The position numbers and the translations under genes were made by a program. A stretch of DNA of 64,000 bases from an uncultured Candidatus Binatia bacterium (GTDB lineage Bacteria; Desulfobacterota; Binatia; Bin18): NCBI GenBank assembly GCA_965214605.1, contig OZ243961.1, positions 1,824,001-1,888,000 on the forward strand, written 5' to 3'. The notes under the pieces are model-generated. The model was not told the origin of the DNA. It did no database searches and saw nothing but the letters and a program-made list of their open reading frames with translations. The number at the start of each line of letters is the position of its first letter. Within the stretch, counting starts at the first letter, position 1. Below, piece by piece: positions 7,700 to 17,779 of the stretch.

Positions 7700-9787
7700 C
7701 TAGCCGGAGAGCCGAATGACCAAATTCTGCTGGGCGTCGAGCCGTCCCCGGCCCTTCGGGCCGATGACTACCGTACATTCCCGTTCTTCGACAATAGCAG
7801 GTCCAGAAAAGGGCTTGCCAATCGGCAACAGATAGCGGTCGTACACCGGGCACGGGACATACCCCTCGTGCTCGGGGAAGTAGACCCGACGCTCCCCCTT
7901 TTGGGCAGCTTTGAGCGTTTGATTCGGTCTGTCCGGTGATGGCAGAGTCACCTGTGGCCGAGGTCCTGAGGCGAGCAAACGCCAGTTCACTACCTCAATC
8001 TCGACACCCGGATTAAGCCGCTTGTACAGCCGCTCATACTCCTCGGCAAACGCTTGACGCAGGTTCGGCAGCTGATCTGCGCTCAGGACCGGGGGCAGCG
8101 GCACCCGAATCTCAAATCCCTGCTGGAGATAGCGCATATCTGCCGAGCGGGTGAGCCTAATATCGCCCTCCACTCCGGCTGCGGTGAGCAGCGCCCGCCC
8201 GCGGTCCTCCATGTCCGCGTACAGTCGGTCCAGGGTTGCCAAGTCCAGCGTGGAGAGGGTCGTCACATAGCTCTGCACAAAATCAAAGGCCAAGGGCGCA
8301 GTCAGCATACCAAAGGCCGAGGTCACGCCGGCAGCTAGCGGACACACAATAGTTTGGAGCTTCAGTCGTTCAGCAACCCGGTAGGCGTGCACCGGACCCG
8401 CTCCGCCAAACGCAATCAGATGCGAGTCACGGGGGTCACGGCCCTTTTCGACCAGATGCATGCGCGCCGCATTCGCCATATTTTCGTTCACGACTTGGTG
8501 AATCCCCCAGGCTGCGCGCAGCACGTCAAGCTTGAGCGGCCCAGCGATCTTGTCGGCAATCGCTTGCCTGGCCGTATCTCGGTCGAGCCCCATCTTGCCA
8601 CCCAGAAAATAGTCCGGGCTCAGATAGCCCAGCACCAGGTCGGCGTCGGTCACGGTCGGTTCGGTTCCACCCTGGTCGTAGCACACCGGTCCTGGAGAAG
8701 ATCCGGCACTGTCTGGGCCGACCTTGAGCAGACCCAGCTCGTCGACCCGAGCGATACTACCCCCGCCGGCGCCGATTTCAATCATCTCGATCACCGGCAC
8801 CTTGAGCGGCAGGCCGCTGCCCTTTTTGAAGCGGTACACCCGGGCTGCCTCAAAATCCGTCGTCAGCATGGGCCGACCCCTATCAATCAGGCAAATCTTG
8901 GCTGTCGTGCCACCCATGTCAAACGAAATCACCCGGTCGAGTTGCTGCTGGGTGCTGTAAAAACTGGCGGCTAAAGCGCCCGCCGCCGGGCCGGATTCGA
9001 TCAGCCGTATTGGATACTCGCCGGCGACATCACAACTCGTAATGCCACCGTTCGACAGCATGACAAACATATCGCGCGGCATGCCCAAAGCCCGCAGATC
9101 GGTGTTCAGTTTGTCCAAGTATTGACGGGCCAGCGGTTTCACATACACATTGGCGACCGTGGTCGAGGTCCGCTCATACTCTCGGATTTCCGGCATGACC
9201 TCACACGAGAGTGAACACATCAGATGCGGAAAATGATCGGTCGCAATTTGTTTCACTAGCTGTTCATGGGCCGGATTGCGAAACGAGTGGAGGAGACAGA
9301 CGGCTAAGGCTTCGATGCCGGCATCGACGAGCTCCTCGATCACCGCCCGAACTTCTCTTGAATCCAGCGGGATAAGCACCTGACCGCTGTGGTCTAAGCG
9401 TTCGGTGACCTCACGGCGAAGAAAACGAGGGACTAAGGGCTGGGGATTTTCCAGCGAAATGTCGTAAATGTCATAACGGCGCTCGCGGCCAATTTCGAGC
9501 GCGTCCCGAAAGCCTTTGGTCGTGATAAGGCCCGTCTTGGCACCCTTGCGCTCAATGATCGCGTTGGTGATCAGCGTGGTCCCGTGCACTAAGTGCGAGA
9601 CGAGTTGGGGGCTGAGAGCCACTTGGTCAAGCAGCTCGCGTACCCCTTGGAGTACGGCGGCGGCCGGATCGTGCCGGGTTGTCAGGACCTTACCGATGGC
9701 TGCCTCCCCGCCGTCGGCAGACAGGAGGACAAGGTCCGTAAACGTCCCCCCAATATCTATCCCGAGCCGGTACGTTCCAGCCTTCAT
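7700..9787 (-). CDS. Hydantoinase/oxoprolinase family, N-methylhydantoinase A-like
   Basis: GIDIGGTFTD, HGTT..TNA, SGPAAG, DMGGTT, IGAGGGS, FGGAGP motifs. Confidence 0.93.
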   Translation of the reverse strand: MKAGTYRLGIDIGGTFTDLVLLSADGGEAAIGKVLTTRHDPAAAVLQGVRELLDQVALSPQLVSHLVHGTTLITNAIIERKGAKTGLITTKGFRDALEIGRERRYDIYDISLENPQPLVPRFLRREVTERLDHSGQVLIPLDSREVRAVIEELVDAGIEALAVCLLHSFRNPAHEQLVKQIATDHFPHLMCSLSCEVMPEIREYERTSTTVANVYVKPLARQYLDKLNTDLRALGMPRDMFVMLSNGGITSCDVAGEYPIRLIESGPAAGALAASFYSTQQQLDRVISFDMGGTTAKICLIDRGRPMLTTDFEAARVYRFKKGSGLPLKVPVIEMIEIGAGGGSIARVDELGLLKVGPDSAGSSPGPVCYDQGGTEPTVTDADLVLGYLSPDYFLGGKMGLDRDTARQAIADKIAGPLKLDVLRAAWGIHQVVNENMANAARMHLVEKGRDPRDSHLIAFGGAGPVHAYRVAERLKLQTIVCPLAAGVTSAFGMLTAPLAFDFVQSYVTTLSTLDLATLDRLYADMEDRGRALLTAAGVEGDIRLTRSADMRYLQQGFEIRVPLPPVLSADQLPNLRQAFAEEYERLYKRLNPGVEIEVVNWRLLASGPRPQVTLPSPDRPNQTLKAAQKGERRVYFPEHEGYVPCPVYDRYLLPIGKPFSGPAIVEERECTVVIGPKGRGRLDAQQNLVIRLSG

Positions 9788-9832
9788 GGCAGCCACTATA
9801 CACCACACGCGGCAGGGAGAGAATGTGGCCGC

Positions 9833-10303
9833 TTAGTCTTCGACCTCCACAATCATCTCAATCTCAACCGCAATGTTGAACGGCAGCTGATACATGCCGA
9901 CTGCCGAGCGGGCATGACGGCCACGCTCACCGTACAGTTCAACCAACAGGTCCGAAGCACCATTAATAACCTGGGGCTGATTGTGGAAATCTTCCGCACA
10001 GTTCACAAAACCGAGCAGCTTGACTACCCGCTTGACCTTGTCAAGGTCGCCGAGCATCTGTTTGAGCGACTGCAGGATGTTCAGCATGACTTGTTTGGCC
10101 GCCTCGTATCCCTGTTCAGTTGTCAGCTCTTTCCCGACCTTCCCCTTGATGAACTGTACCTGTTCGTCCTTGAGCAGACCCGGACCGTGTCCGGATACAA
10201 ACAGCAGAGAGCCCACTCGCACGGCTGGCACATAATTCGCCACCGGCGTTGGAATAGGGGGTAAGGCCAAGTTCATTGCGGCCAGTTTTTTCTCAACCTC
10301 CAT
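9833..10303 (-). CDS. RidA/YjgF family protein
   Basis: ANYVP, FVSGHGP, NGASDLL, HARSAVG...LPFNIAVEIE. Confidence 0.92.
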   Translation of the reverse strand: MEVEKKLAAMNLALPPIPTPVANYVPAVRVGSLLFVSGHGPGLLKDEQVQFIKGKVGKELTTEQGYEAAKQVMLNILQSLKQMLGDLDKVKRVVKLLGFVNCAEDFHNQPQVINGASDLLVELYGERGRHARSAVGMYQLPFNIAVEIEMIVEVED

Positions 10304-10356
10304 GTCCTTCTCCTTAATATGCAATATGAAAACTGCGCAGACACACACCACCGCCC

Positions 10357-11331
10357 CTAGCCTTCCTCTTCGGCTAGCGCTTCCAACACGGCCGCGGCCA
10401 ACAGCGGCACCATTACCTCGTGGTGACCCGTAATCGCGTAGCCCCGGCCACCAACCTGGGCCGGACGACCAACAACATTCTGCAGCGGGCGGTAGTGTTG
10501 CTGCATATCGAGATTGACAGTCACAAAGTCTTTTAAATCCGCCCCCAGATTTTGAGCGATGGTAAACGCCTTCAAGAACACCTCGGGTAAAATCACCGCC
10601 GAACCGATATTCAGATACACGCCGCCCGACAGCTCGGCAACCAGGCTGCTCAACAGTCGAAAGTCGGTAAAACTGGCCTGACCCAACAGGGATCCGGCGG
10701 CGTTGTCCCGCATATGAATGATATCAGTCCCTAGCGCAACGTGGACCGTCAGCGGCACGTTGAGTTGAAAGGCGGTCGCCAACAGACTGTGGGCCACGTA
10801 GGGCGGACTCAGCGCGACGAGTTTTTGACCCAGGGCTTCGCCCAGGCCGATCCGGCCGGTGCGAACCTCATCGCAGTCCAGCGCGTCATTCATCAGCTGA
10901 CCGGTTTCCGTCACCATGCCGAAGCTGCCGTCGCCTAAACCCGAGGCGACATCTTCAGACGTCTCGCCGATCAGGGCAATCTCAAAATCATGAATTGGAC
11001 CTGCTCCGTTCATGGCGATGGCGCTAATAACTCCACGGCGCATCAGTTCAATAATCCATGGACTCAAACCACACTTAATCAGGTGCGCGCCCATACCCCA
11101 GATGACCAGCTTGTCAGCCCGATGAGCGGCAATGACAGCCTGAACAACAGCCGGGAAATCTTCCCCGACCAGAATCTTGGGCAGGCTGTCAAGAAAGTCC
11201 CGCAGCCCGCCCCGCGGCTCATACACTGTGGCAAAGTCCTGCAGGCTGACCTTGTTTCGGCGCTCGGCTAGCGGAGAGGTTCTCACCCGGCCTAAATCGA
11301 TCGGCTTGACAGACTTATACATACGTTTCAT
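10357..11331 (-). CDS. Deoxyhypusine-synthase-like conserved protein of unknown function
   Basis: GMGAHLIKCG, MNGAGPIHDFE, VHVALGTD, NIGSAVILPEVFLK, GHHEVM. The start overlaps the gmhA-fusion stop (ATGA). Confidence 0.65.
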   Translation of the reverse strand: MKRMYKSVKPIDLGRVRTSPLAERRNKVSLQDFATVYEPRGGLRDFLDSLPKILVGEDFPAVVQAVIAAHRADKLVIWGMGAHLIKCGLSPWIIELMRRGVISAIAMNGAGPIHDFEIALIGETSEDVASGLGDGSFGMVTETGQLMNDALDCDEVRTGRIGLGEALGQKLVALSPPYVAHSLLATAFQLNVPLTVHVALGTDIIHMRDNAAGSLLGQASFTDFRLLSSLVAELSGGVYLNIGSAVILPEVFLKAFTIAQNLGADLKDFVTVNLDMQQHYRPLQNVVGRPAQVGGRGYAITGHHEVMVPLLAAAVLEALAEEEG

Positions 11332-12446
11332 GCACGGTAGGCGCGATCGACCCACTCACACACAATATGGCCGATGGTGATATGCGCCTCTTGGATACGG
11401 GCCGTGTTTGAAGCCGGTACGATCAGTGCCTGGTCCACCAGCGCAGCCAGTCGTCCGCCGCCTTTGCCCAACAGCCCAATCGTAGTCAGGCCCCGGTGTC
11501 TGGCCGTCTCGACTGCTCGCACGATATTGGCAGAATTCCCGCTGGTACTGATCGCCAGCAAGACATCACCGGCCTTGGCCAGGGCTGCGACTTGACGGGC
11601 AAACAACATTGAGAAGCCACAGTCGTTCGCGATGGAGGTCAACGCCGAGGAATCGGTTGTCAGCGCAATAGCCGGCAGCCCCTCCCGTTCGACCTCGAAC
11701 CGCCCCACCAACTCTGCCGCAATATGTTGGGCATCAGCCGCGCTGCCCCCGTTGCCGCACAGCAGGATCTTGTTTCCGCGTTGCAAGGCCTGCACCACAG
11801 TTCGGGCAGCGGCCATGATATCGACGGCCACCTCCCGGGCAAGGGCGCATTTGGTCAGCGCACTCTCCTGCAGACGCTGAACAACTCGCTTGAGCTCGGC
11901 CGACTGCCCGGCCGGCCCCGATCGTCCGGCGGTCCGCGACTGTGCCTCATCCCCTCTTTCTCGTGCGGCGGCCGGGACGATCCACATCTGTTCCATCAAA
12001 CGTGTTGACGAATACTCAGGCACGCTGCTGTTGATGGACACGACACATCCGCCCTCGGCTTCCACCACCTCCCGGCCCACAATCCGCTCCACCGGCCAGT
12101 CTCCCCCCTTGGTCAGCACGTCCGGCACCAGCCGCTCAATGACACGGGCCGGGGTCAGTTCATCGAAAATCAGCACATGATCGACACAAGCCAGGGCGGA
12201 CAGCACAACGGCGCGGTCCCGCTCGTTCGATACGGGTCGGCCAAGACCTTTCAGTGCGCGGACCGAACGGTCACTGTTGAGGCCAACCATGAGGAGCTGT
12301 CCGTAGGCTTTTGCCTGTCCAAGGTATTCGATATGACCGCGATGCAGAAGGTCAAAGCAGCCGTTGGTGAACACGACCCGGTGCCCTGCCTGTTTGGCCT
12401 GCCGACGTATGTCTACAGCTTCCTCCAAGCTGATAAGCGTGCCCAT
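11328..12446 (-). CDS. Fusion of heptose-1-phosphate adenylyltransferase (HldC/RfaE2) and sedoheptulose-7-phosphate isomerase (GmhA)
   Basis: N-half FTNGCFDLLHRGH, GLNSDRSV, KGGDW, SST. C-half CGNGGSAADAQH, STSGNS, RIQEAH. GAAGGAG RBS before ATG 12446. Confidence 0.92.
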   Translation of the reverse strand: MGTLISLEEAVDIRRQAKQAGHRVVFTNGCFDLLHRGHIEYLGQAKAYGQLLMVGLNSDRSVRALKGLGRPVSNERDRAVVLSALACVDHVLIFDELTPARVIERLVPDVLTKGGDWPVERIVGREVVEAEGGCVVSINSSVPEYSSTRLMEQMWIVPAAARERGDEAQSRTAGRSGPAGQSAELKRVVQRLQESALTKCALAREVAVDIMAAARTVVQALQRGNKILLCGNGGSAADAQHIAAELVGRFEVEREGLPAIALTTDSSALTSIANDCGFSMLFARQVAALAKAGDVLLAISTSGNSANIVRAVETARHRGLTTIGLLGKGGGRLAALVDQALIVPASNTARIQEAHITIGHIVCEWVDRAYRA

Positions 12447-12609
12447 AAGTGCTCCTTCAGATCTCAAGACGCTAGCGGAGGACTGCTGATGATTATATCC
12501 TATCCGTCTGGAGCGCAACTCAGCTTCGTTACGGAGAACAGGAGAGAGCTGTGGGACGGCTCCGCCAGCTGTCGAAGACGCATAGCGGGAGAGCTGACGC
12601 TTTTTGATA

Positions 12610-12747
12610 GCGGGGCCCGGAATACCTACGTTACTCCGGAAGTCGCGGTAACCACCGCGCCGCTTGATCCTCCCATGGGCTGGGGAGCTGGGCTCAAAGC
12701 GAGCAATACAGCCGACCACGAAGGTGTGCCTCTATCGGCCCACCCCC
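12610..12747 (-). ncRNA. Putative structured ncRNA, long rod-like hairpin (6S-like)
   Basis: Nested pairings on the minus strand: GUGGG/CCCGC, ACCUUCGU/ACGUAGGU, GGUCG/CGACU, CGCUU..GA/UCAAGCG, CUCCC/GGGAG. The G-U wobbles favour the minus strand. It lies in a 440-bp intergenic gap. Confidence 0.45.
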
Positions 12748-12886
12748 TTTGAAAAGATCGGCAGCGATGAAGAGGGGAAGCCTATTGCGATACTGTGTGG
12801 AGCCTTTGGTGACGGAGGAATGGAGTATCCGCTTGATTGCCGGGCAAGAAAAAACGCCCTTTCGCATTCTCCCAGCCTCTAGAGTT

Positions 12887-15154
12887 TTAGTTTTCTGACC
12901 GTGCCTCGTGCGGCGTGAACGTTTTGAGAGCCGCCGCTCCCCGTTGAGTCAGCCACAGATACAGATACTCAGAGGCCTCAATCACCAACAGCTTCTGCTC
13001 GACTAGCTCGTCGACGGCTTGCAGCAGTTCTTGGTGGGAGTGTTGGACCACAGAGCGGTAGCCCGGTAGCAAAGCTATTGGCGACGACCTCTCCCCATCC
13101 AGAACGCGAACGCCAGTAGATGTGTTGGTGTTCTTGGCCGCCGGACGCGTGCTCGGGTCTGTTGTCCCGCGTAGAAAATGGACAACTCCGGAACGCGACA
13201 GTTGGCCATCCTGCGTGCGGACAACGTCTAACACCGTCCGGCCAATCTCAGCCGGCACCGCACCAAACAGGACGGAGGAAGAGTCGGGGGCTAGGGAAGT
13301 CTCGGAGGACAGCGTCTGGGCAGGCTCGGGGACGGCTTGAGACACCTGCTCGGGCGGGATCGAAGCGATCTTTTTAGCCTGGGCTCGTGGCAGCACAACG
13401 CGCGGGTATTGGCCTGGAATCAGACGCAGTTCCCCAGCTTGAATGCACGTATCGATCTGGTCAATGATCTGATCCTGGGTGAAGCGGGTTAATGCCCCGT
13501 AGTGCGGCGAAGAGTCGAGTTGAAGCTGACGCATCCGTCGTGCCCTGCTGCCGGATAAGACCTGGGCTAAGCCAGATCGGCCCAGGCCACGGTTCTGAAG
13601 GTCAGAGACCGCGGCCAGAATAATTGGGCGGCTGTCAAACGCCTCTAAAACGGGAGGCTGAGCCGGTCCCTCAATCGCACCACCTTGAGTGGCACGGCAC
13701 ACATCGCAGCTCTCACATCGCTGACCGATCGCCACTTTTTCTCCAAAGTAGCGCAGAATGACGGTTCGGCGACAGCTCTCGGTCGTCAAATAATCTAGCA
13801 GCTCGCCCAAACGACGATAATCGGCCTGCTGGCGCTGCTCCACGAAAGAGAAATCAAGCCGTAGCTCTTGCTCGCTTGTTTGGCTGAGGAGATGGACGCT
13901 GGTGCCTGTCCATTCGATGTAACGCTGGTCCTGGAGAAGGGCTAGGGTGACATTGACCTTTTCCTCACTCAGGCGAGGCACCTGCTGCGGGATGTCGCGC
14001 GGCGCGACAGCATTTTTGAGCAAACGATAAATCGCGCGTACCTCGCCGAGGCTGGGATAACGCTGGTCAATAAAAAATCGCTGCAAGCCGCTATCGCGCT
14101 TGTCATACAGCACGATGCACTGGGCGGGTTGGTTATCTCGACCGGCCCGACCCGCCTCCTGATAATACGCCTCCAACGACCCGGGATGCTGATAGTGAAT
14201 CACCGCCCGGACATCAGATTTGTCAATGCCCATACCAAAGGCGACGGTGGCCACGATGACCCGCGTCGTGCCGTTAATAAAGACCTGCTGGTTCTTGCGG
14301 CGGACAGGCGGCTCTAAACCGGCGTGGTAGGGGACAGCCTCGATTTGACGCTCGTTGAGTGTTGCAGCCAGCGCTTCAGCGTCACGTTGGCGCGAGACAT
14401 AGACAATACAGCTGCCGTCAATGCCCTGCAGCAGGGCGATCAGGGCTTCGGGCTTGGCCTTAGTGACACACCGCACTACACTTAAAAACAGATTTGGACG
14501 GTCAAAGGAATTGACCAGTAAAAAAGGATCGGCCAAGCCGAGTTGAAACGCAATCTCGCGTCGGACTGCGGGCGTTGCGGTTGCGGTTAGAGCCAGCACG
14601 GCGCGGGGTTTAAGAGCGCGGATCGCCTCCCGCAACTGTAAATAATCGGGACGAAAATCGTGTCCCCACTGGCTGACACAGTGGGCTTCATCAACCACAA
14701 ACAGACCGAGCGGCACGCGTTTGAGCAGCTCAAGAAAGCCCGGCACCCCAAAGCGTTCCGGCGCTACGTACAGCAGCTTCAGCTGCTGGCTGATCAGACG
14801 CTGAATCCGCCGTTCGCTTTCGGCTCGCGACAGGCTGGAGTTGAGGGCGGCAGAATGCAGAATCCCTCGGGCGTGCAGTTGATCGACCTGATCCTTCATT
14901 AACGCAATCAGCGGAGAGACGACCACCGTGACTCCCCGGCTCAACAGGGCCGGGAGTTGGTAACAGAGCGACTTCCCACCCCCGGTCGGCATAATGGCGA
15001 CCGTTGAACGACCCGCCAGCACGGCTTCGATCACCTCGCGCTGACCCGGACGGAACGAATCAAAACCAAAGTGACGGAGGAGCGCCGTGTCAAGAGCCTG
15101 TGACTCAGCGAACGGAGCGGCGGGGGCGGTGGGGCGGGAGCGTTCCCTTCTCAT
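12887..15154 (-). CDS. RecQ-family ATP-dependent DNA helicase
   Basis: PTGGGKSLCYQLP, VDEAHCVSQWGHDFRP, ATVAFGMGIDK, QEAGRAGRD, Zn-binding CRR...CESCDVC, followed by RQC-like repeats. Confidence 0.93.
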   Translation of the reverse strand: MRRERSRPTAPAAPFAESQALDTALLRHFGFDSFRPGQREVIEAVLAGRSTVAIMPTGGGKSLCYQLPALLSRGVTVVVSPLIALMKDQVDQLHARGILHSAALNSSLSRAESERRIQRLISQQLKLLYVAPERFGVPGFLELLKRVPLGLFVVDEAHCVSQWGHDFRPDYLQLREAIRALKPRAVLALTATATPAVRREIAFQLGLADPFLLVNSFDRPNLFLSVVRCVTKAKPEALIALLQGIDGSCIVYVSRQRDAEALAATLNERQIEAVPYHAGLEPPVRRKNQQVFINGTTRVIVATVAFGMGIDKSDVRAVIHYQHPGSLEAYYQEAGRAGRDNQPAQCIVLYDKRDSGLQRFFIDQRYPSLGEVRAIYRLLKNAVAPRDIPQQVPRLSEEKVNVTLALLQDQRYIEWTGTSVHLLSQTSEQELRLDFSFVEQRQQADYRRLGELLDYLTTESCRRTVILRYFGEKVAIGQRCESCDVCRATQGGAIEGPAQPPVLEAFDSRPIILAAVSDLQNRGLGRSGLAQVLSGSRARRMRQLQLDSSPHYGALTRFTQDQIIDQIDTCIQAGELRLIPGQYPRVVLPRAQAKKIASIPPEQVSQAVPEPAQTLSSETSLAPDSSSVLFGAVPAEIGRTVLDVVRTQDGQLSRSGVVHFLRGTTDPSTRPAAKNTNTSTGVRVLDGERSSPIALLPGYRSVVQHSHQELLQAVDELVEQKLLVIEASEYLYLWLTQRGAAALKTFTPHEARSEN

Positions 15155-15828
15155 AGAGTCATTAATACCCCGCCAAACAAAGCGGGGTGATAGAAGCGCA
15201 CAACATAGAAGAGGATCAGGGCGACCACAATTGCTCCCCAGCGGAGTTCGCGGCCGGGAAAAGGTTGTTTTTTACTCACAATCGCGGCAAAGGGCACAAA
15301 GGAGGTAGCGTCCTGAAACGCGGGATAACCGGGCACGTCTCTGCTCTTGCGCTGATCCAGATGCTTAGCCCCGACCCAGGCAAACACCACAAATCCGCCG
15401 AAAAAGATCAGATCACCCAGGGCGCCAATCACCGCCAGGTGGGCCAAGCCAAATAGGAAAGCTGCCGCAAAAAAAGGGTGACGGGTGATGCGGGTCATAC
15501 CGTAGGCCCGGGGTGTTCCTTGGGACGGACGGTCCAGCACCCCGCCCAGCAGCAGGATAAAGGCGAGCAACATGCCTGCTATGTTGAGATCCCGGGCCAG
15601 CAGATACGGCTCCAGGGTGACCCATAGCTGCGGTCCGACGTGCTTATGCTCGGCATAGTACATGCACAGGGGCATAAAGGTGGCAAGCGCGATCAGCGCA
15701 TACACGGCCCGAAACGGGCGCTCACCCCAGCGGGTCACCAGCTTGGGCCGGACTCGCGCTGAGGACAGGAGCAGATGAGTCGCACCGAACAGCACCCACC
15801 AGCCACCGATAATAAGTGTCTCTTTCAT
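15151..15828 (-). CDS. NnrU family membrane protein
   Basis: Hydrophobic; GMTRITRHP and TSFVPFAAI motifs. Confidence 0.82.
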   Translation of the reverse strand: MKETLIIGGWWVLFGATHLLLSSARVRPKLVTRWGERPFRAVYALIALATFMPLCMYYAEHKHVGPQLWVTLEPYLLARDLNIAGMLLAFILLLGGVLDRPSQGTPRAYGMTRITRHPFFAAAFLFGLAHLAVIGALGDLIFFGGFVVFAWVGAKHLDQRKSRDVPGYPAFQDATSFVPFAAIVSKKQPFPGRELRWGAIVVALILFYVVRFYHPALFGGVLMTL

Positions 15829-15837
15829 GACTCGTGT

Positions 15838-16590
15838 CTAGCGAGCGATATACCCGCCGTCAATGACAAACGGCGCTCCAGTCGCAAACGACGACTCGTC
15901 ACTGGCTAAAAATAGCGCTGCGTTGGCGATATCTTGGGCTTGGCCAAGACGGCCGATGGGTTCCAGACGGATCACCCCTTCCTCAGGTCGCTCGCCAATA
16001 ACGCGCTGAGCCATGGGGGTGGCAACAATACCGGGGCAGATACAGTTGACCCGGATATTTTTGCTGGCATATTCCAGGGCAGCCACACGGGTCAGATTGA
16101 TCACCCCGGCTTTGGCCGCCGCATACGCTCCGCTGCCCGGAAACCCGACCATACCGGCCACCGAAGCGGTACTCAGGATCACGCCGCCGCCCTGCTTTAT
16201 CATTTCAGGAATCACGTACTTCATACCTAGGTAGACCGAGGTCAGATCAATCGCAATCACCTTCTCCCAGGCATCTTCGTCATAATTGACCACCTTGGCC
16301 GAGGGCCCCTCAATGCCGGCGTTATTAAACAGAATGTCCACCCGGCCATAGGTTTGGACGGAATGCCGAATCATCCCCTGTACGTCGGCCGATTTCGACA
16401 CATCAGCCTGGACAAAGCTCGCTTGGCCACCGGCGTCGGTGATGTCTCGGACGCTCTGCCGGCCCCCCTCGGCCATAGAGTCGGCGACCACGACCTTGGC
16501 TCCGTGCTCAGCAAACAGGCGACACGAAGCGCGGCCAATTCCTGATCCACCGCCCGTAATCAGGGCGACTTTGCCCTTGAGTCGATCCAT
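15838..16590 (-). CDS. SDR family oxidoreductase
   Basis: TGGGSGIG, NNAG, YAAAK. Confidence 0.93.
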   Translation of the reverse strand: MDRLKGKVALITGGGSGIGRASCRLFAEHGAKVVVADSMAEGGRQSVRDITDAGGQASFVQADVSKSADVQGMIRHSVQTYGRVDILFNNAGIEGPSAKVVNYDEDAWEKVIAIDLTSVYLGMKYVIPEMIKQGGGVILSTASVAGMVGFPGSGAYAAAKAGVINLTRVAALEYASKNIRVNCICPGIVATPMAQRVIGERPEEGVIRLEPIGRLGQAQDIANAALFLASDESSFATGAPFVIDGGYIAR

Positions 16591-16671
16591 ATCTCCTCCC
16601 TTCAAAGCTCTTTGGTGATCTCTTGTGGTCATCACCGATAGTTTTTAGCAGCGGGCTCCAGGCTTTTGCCA

Positions 16672-17718
16672 TCAGCTATGGGGGCTGGGAAAAAGGGGGT
16701 GCGGTGCTTCGAGCAGACGTTCGGCCTCTTGGACAATATCCGTCACAATACGCACGGCCGGCTTGATATCGTGGATCAAACCGCACGATTCTCCGGCGTA
16801 TAGCGCCGTGTGTTCCATATCACCTTGGAAACCCGACAGGGGCGGAAAAATCCCGTAACGGGGCAGCTCGACCGACGTGCCAGCCATTGGCATGCGCCCG
16901 ACCACACCGCCCTCGCCAGGCCGCTGACCACTGGTCGGACAGCCGGCCGCGTGCCACTCCTTGACCGCGGTGTTGCGCAGCACCCGGTGGGCAGCCCCGG
17001 GCCAGCCAACATCAAACAAAAAGGTGTGGATGGTGTCTTCGGCGGTGCTGTCAACAATCCGCTTTTTGTAGGCAGCAATGACCCGTATCTCTTGGCTGGC
17101 CACAAAACGGGTCCCCATGGAAACCGCCTGGGCGCCAAGGCTCAGCGCCGCCACTAGGCCCCTGCCATTGGCAATGCCGCCGGCGGCAATGACCGGCAGC
17201 GGTTCAACCGCCTCGACAACGCGAGGCACGATGGTGGACAGCGACGTTGTGCTCCTCACATGACCGCCCGCTTCAACACCCTGGGCAATAATCCCGTCTA
17301 CCCCGGCCGCGGCCGCGGCAACGGCTTCGTCAACGGAGCCGGTCTGCAGAAAAACTTTTGTTCCACACCGGTGGGCTTCGGCGACATACGGCTGTGGATC
17401 GCCCCAAAAAAGCACCAGCAGAGGAATCGCTTCTTCCAAACAGCTCTCAATTTGCCGCTCTTGCAGGAGGGGCAGAATAATGTTGACCCCAAAGGGTTTA
17501 TCCGTCAGAGTGCGGAGGTGTTGAATCTGTTGGCGGGTGTACGGCGCGGGCAGCCCGCCCATGCCAAGCACCCCACACGCTCCTGCATTGGATACTGCAG
17601 CTGCCAGCTCCGGCCCGGCCATACCTCCACCCATGCCAACCGAAAAGATCGGATACTCGATGCTGAGCTGCTGACACAAGGGCGTGTGCAGGCAGGTCTT
17701 TGAACCCGTTTTTGCCAT
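16672..17718 (-). CDS. Nitronate monooxygenase (2-nitropropane dioxygenase) family flavoprotein
   Basis: AVSNAG, QGVEAGGH, AAGGIA, MGTRF. Confidence 0.9.
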   Translation of the reverse strand: MAKTGSKTCLHTPLCQQLSIEYPIFSVGMGGGMAGPELAAAVSNAGACGVLGMGGLPAPYTRQQIQHLRTLTDKPFGVNIILPLLQERQIESCLEEAIPLLVLFWGDPQPYVAEAHRCGTKVFLQTGSVDEAVAAAAAGVDGIIAQGVEAGGHVRSTTSLSTIVPRVVEAVEPLPVIAAGGIANGRGLVAALSLGAQAVSMGTRFVASQEIRVIAAYKKRIVDSTAEDTIHTFLFDVGWPGAAHRVLRNTAVKEWHAAGCPTSGQRPGEGGVVGRMPMAGTSVELPRYGIFPPLSGFQGDMEHTALYAGESCGLIHDIKPAVRIVTDIVQEAERLLEAPHPLFPSPHS

Positions 17719-17779
17719 TAGTCCTCCAGTCGGGGCCGTGTGTTTCTACAAACAGGGCCGTACTGTCCTGTTCGACTGC

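Noticed and set aside
12447-12719. Upstream extension of the HldC-GmhA ORF
   Set aside because: RBS and domain start point to 12446; the extension covers promoter and putative RNA sequence.
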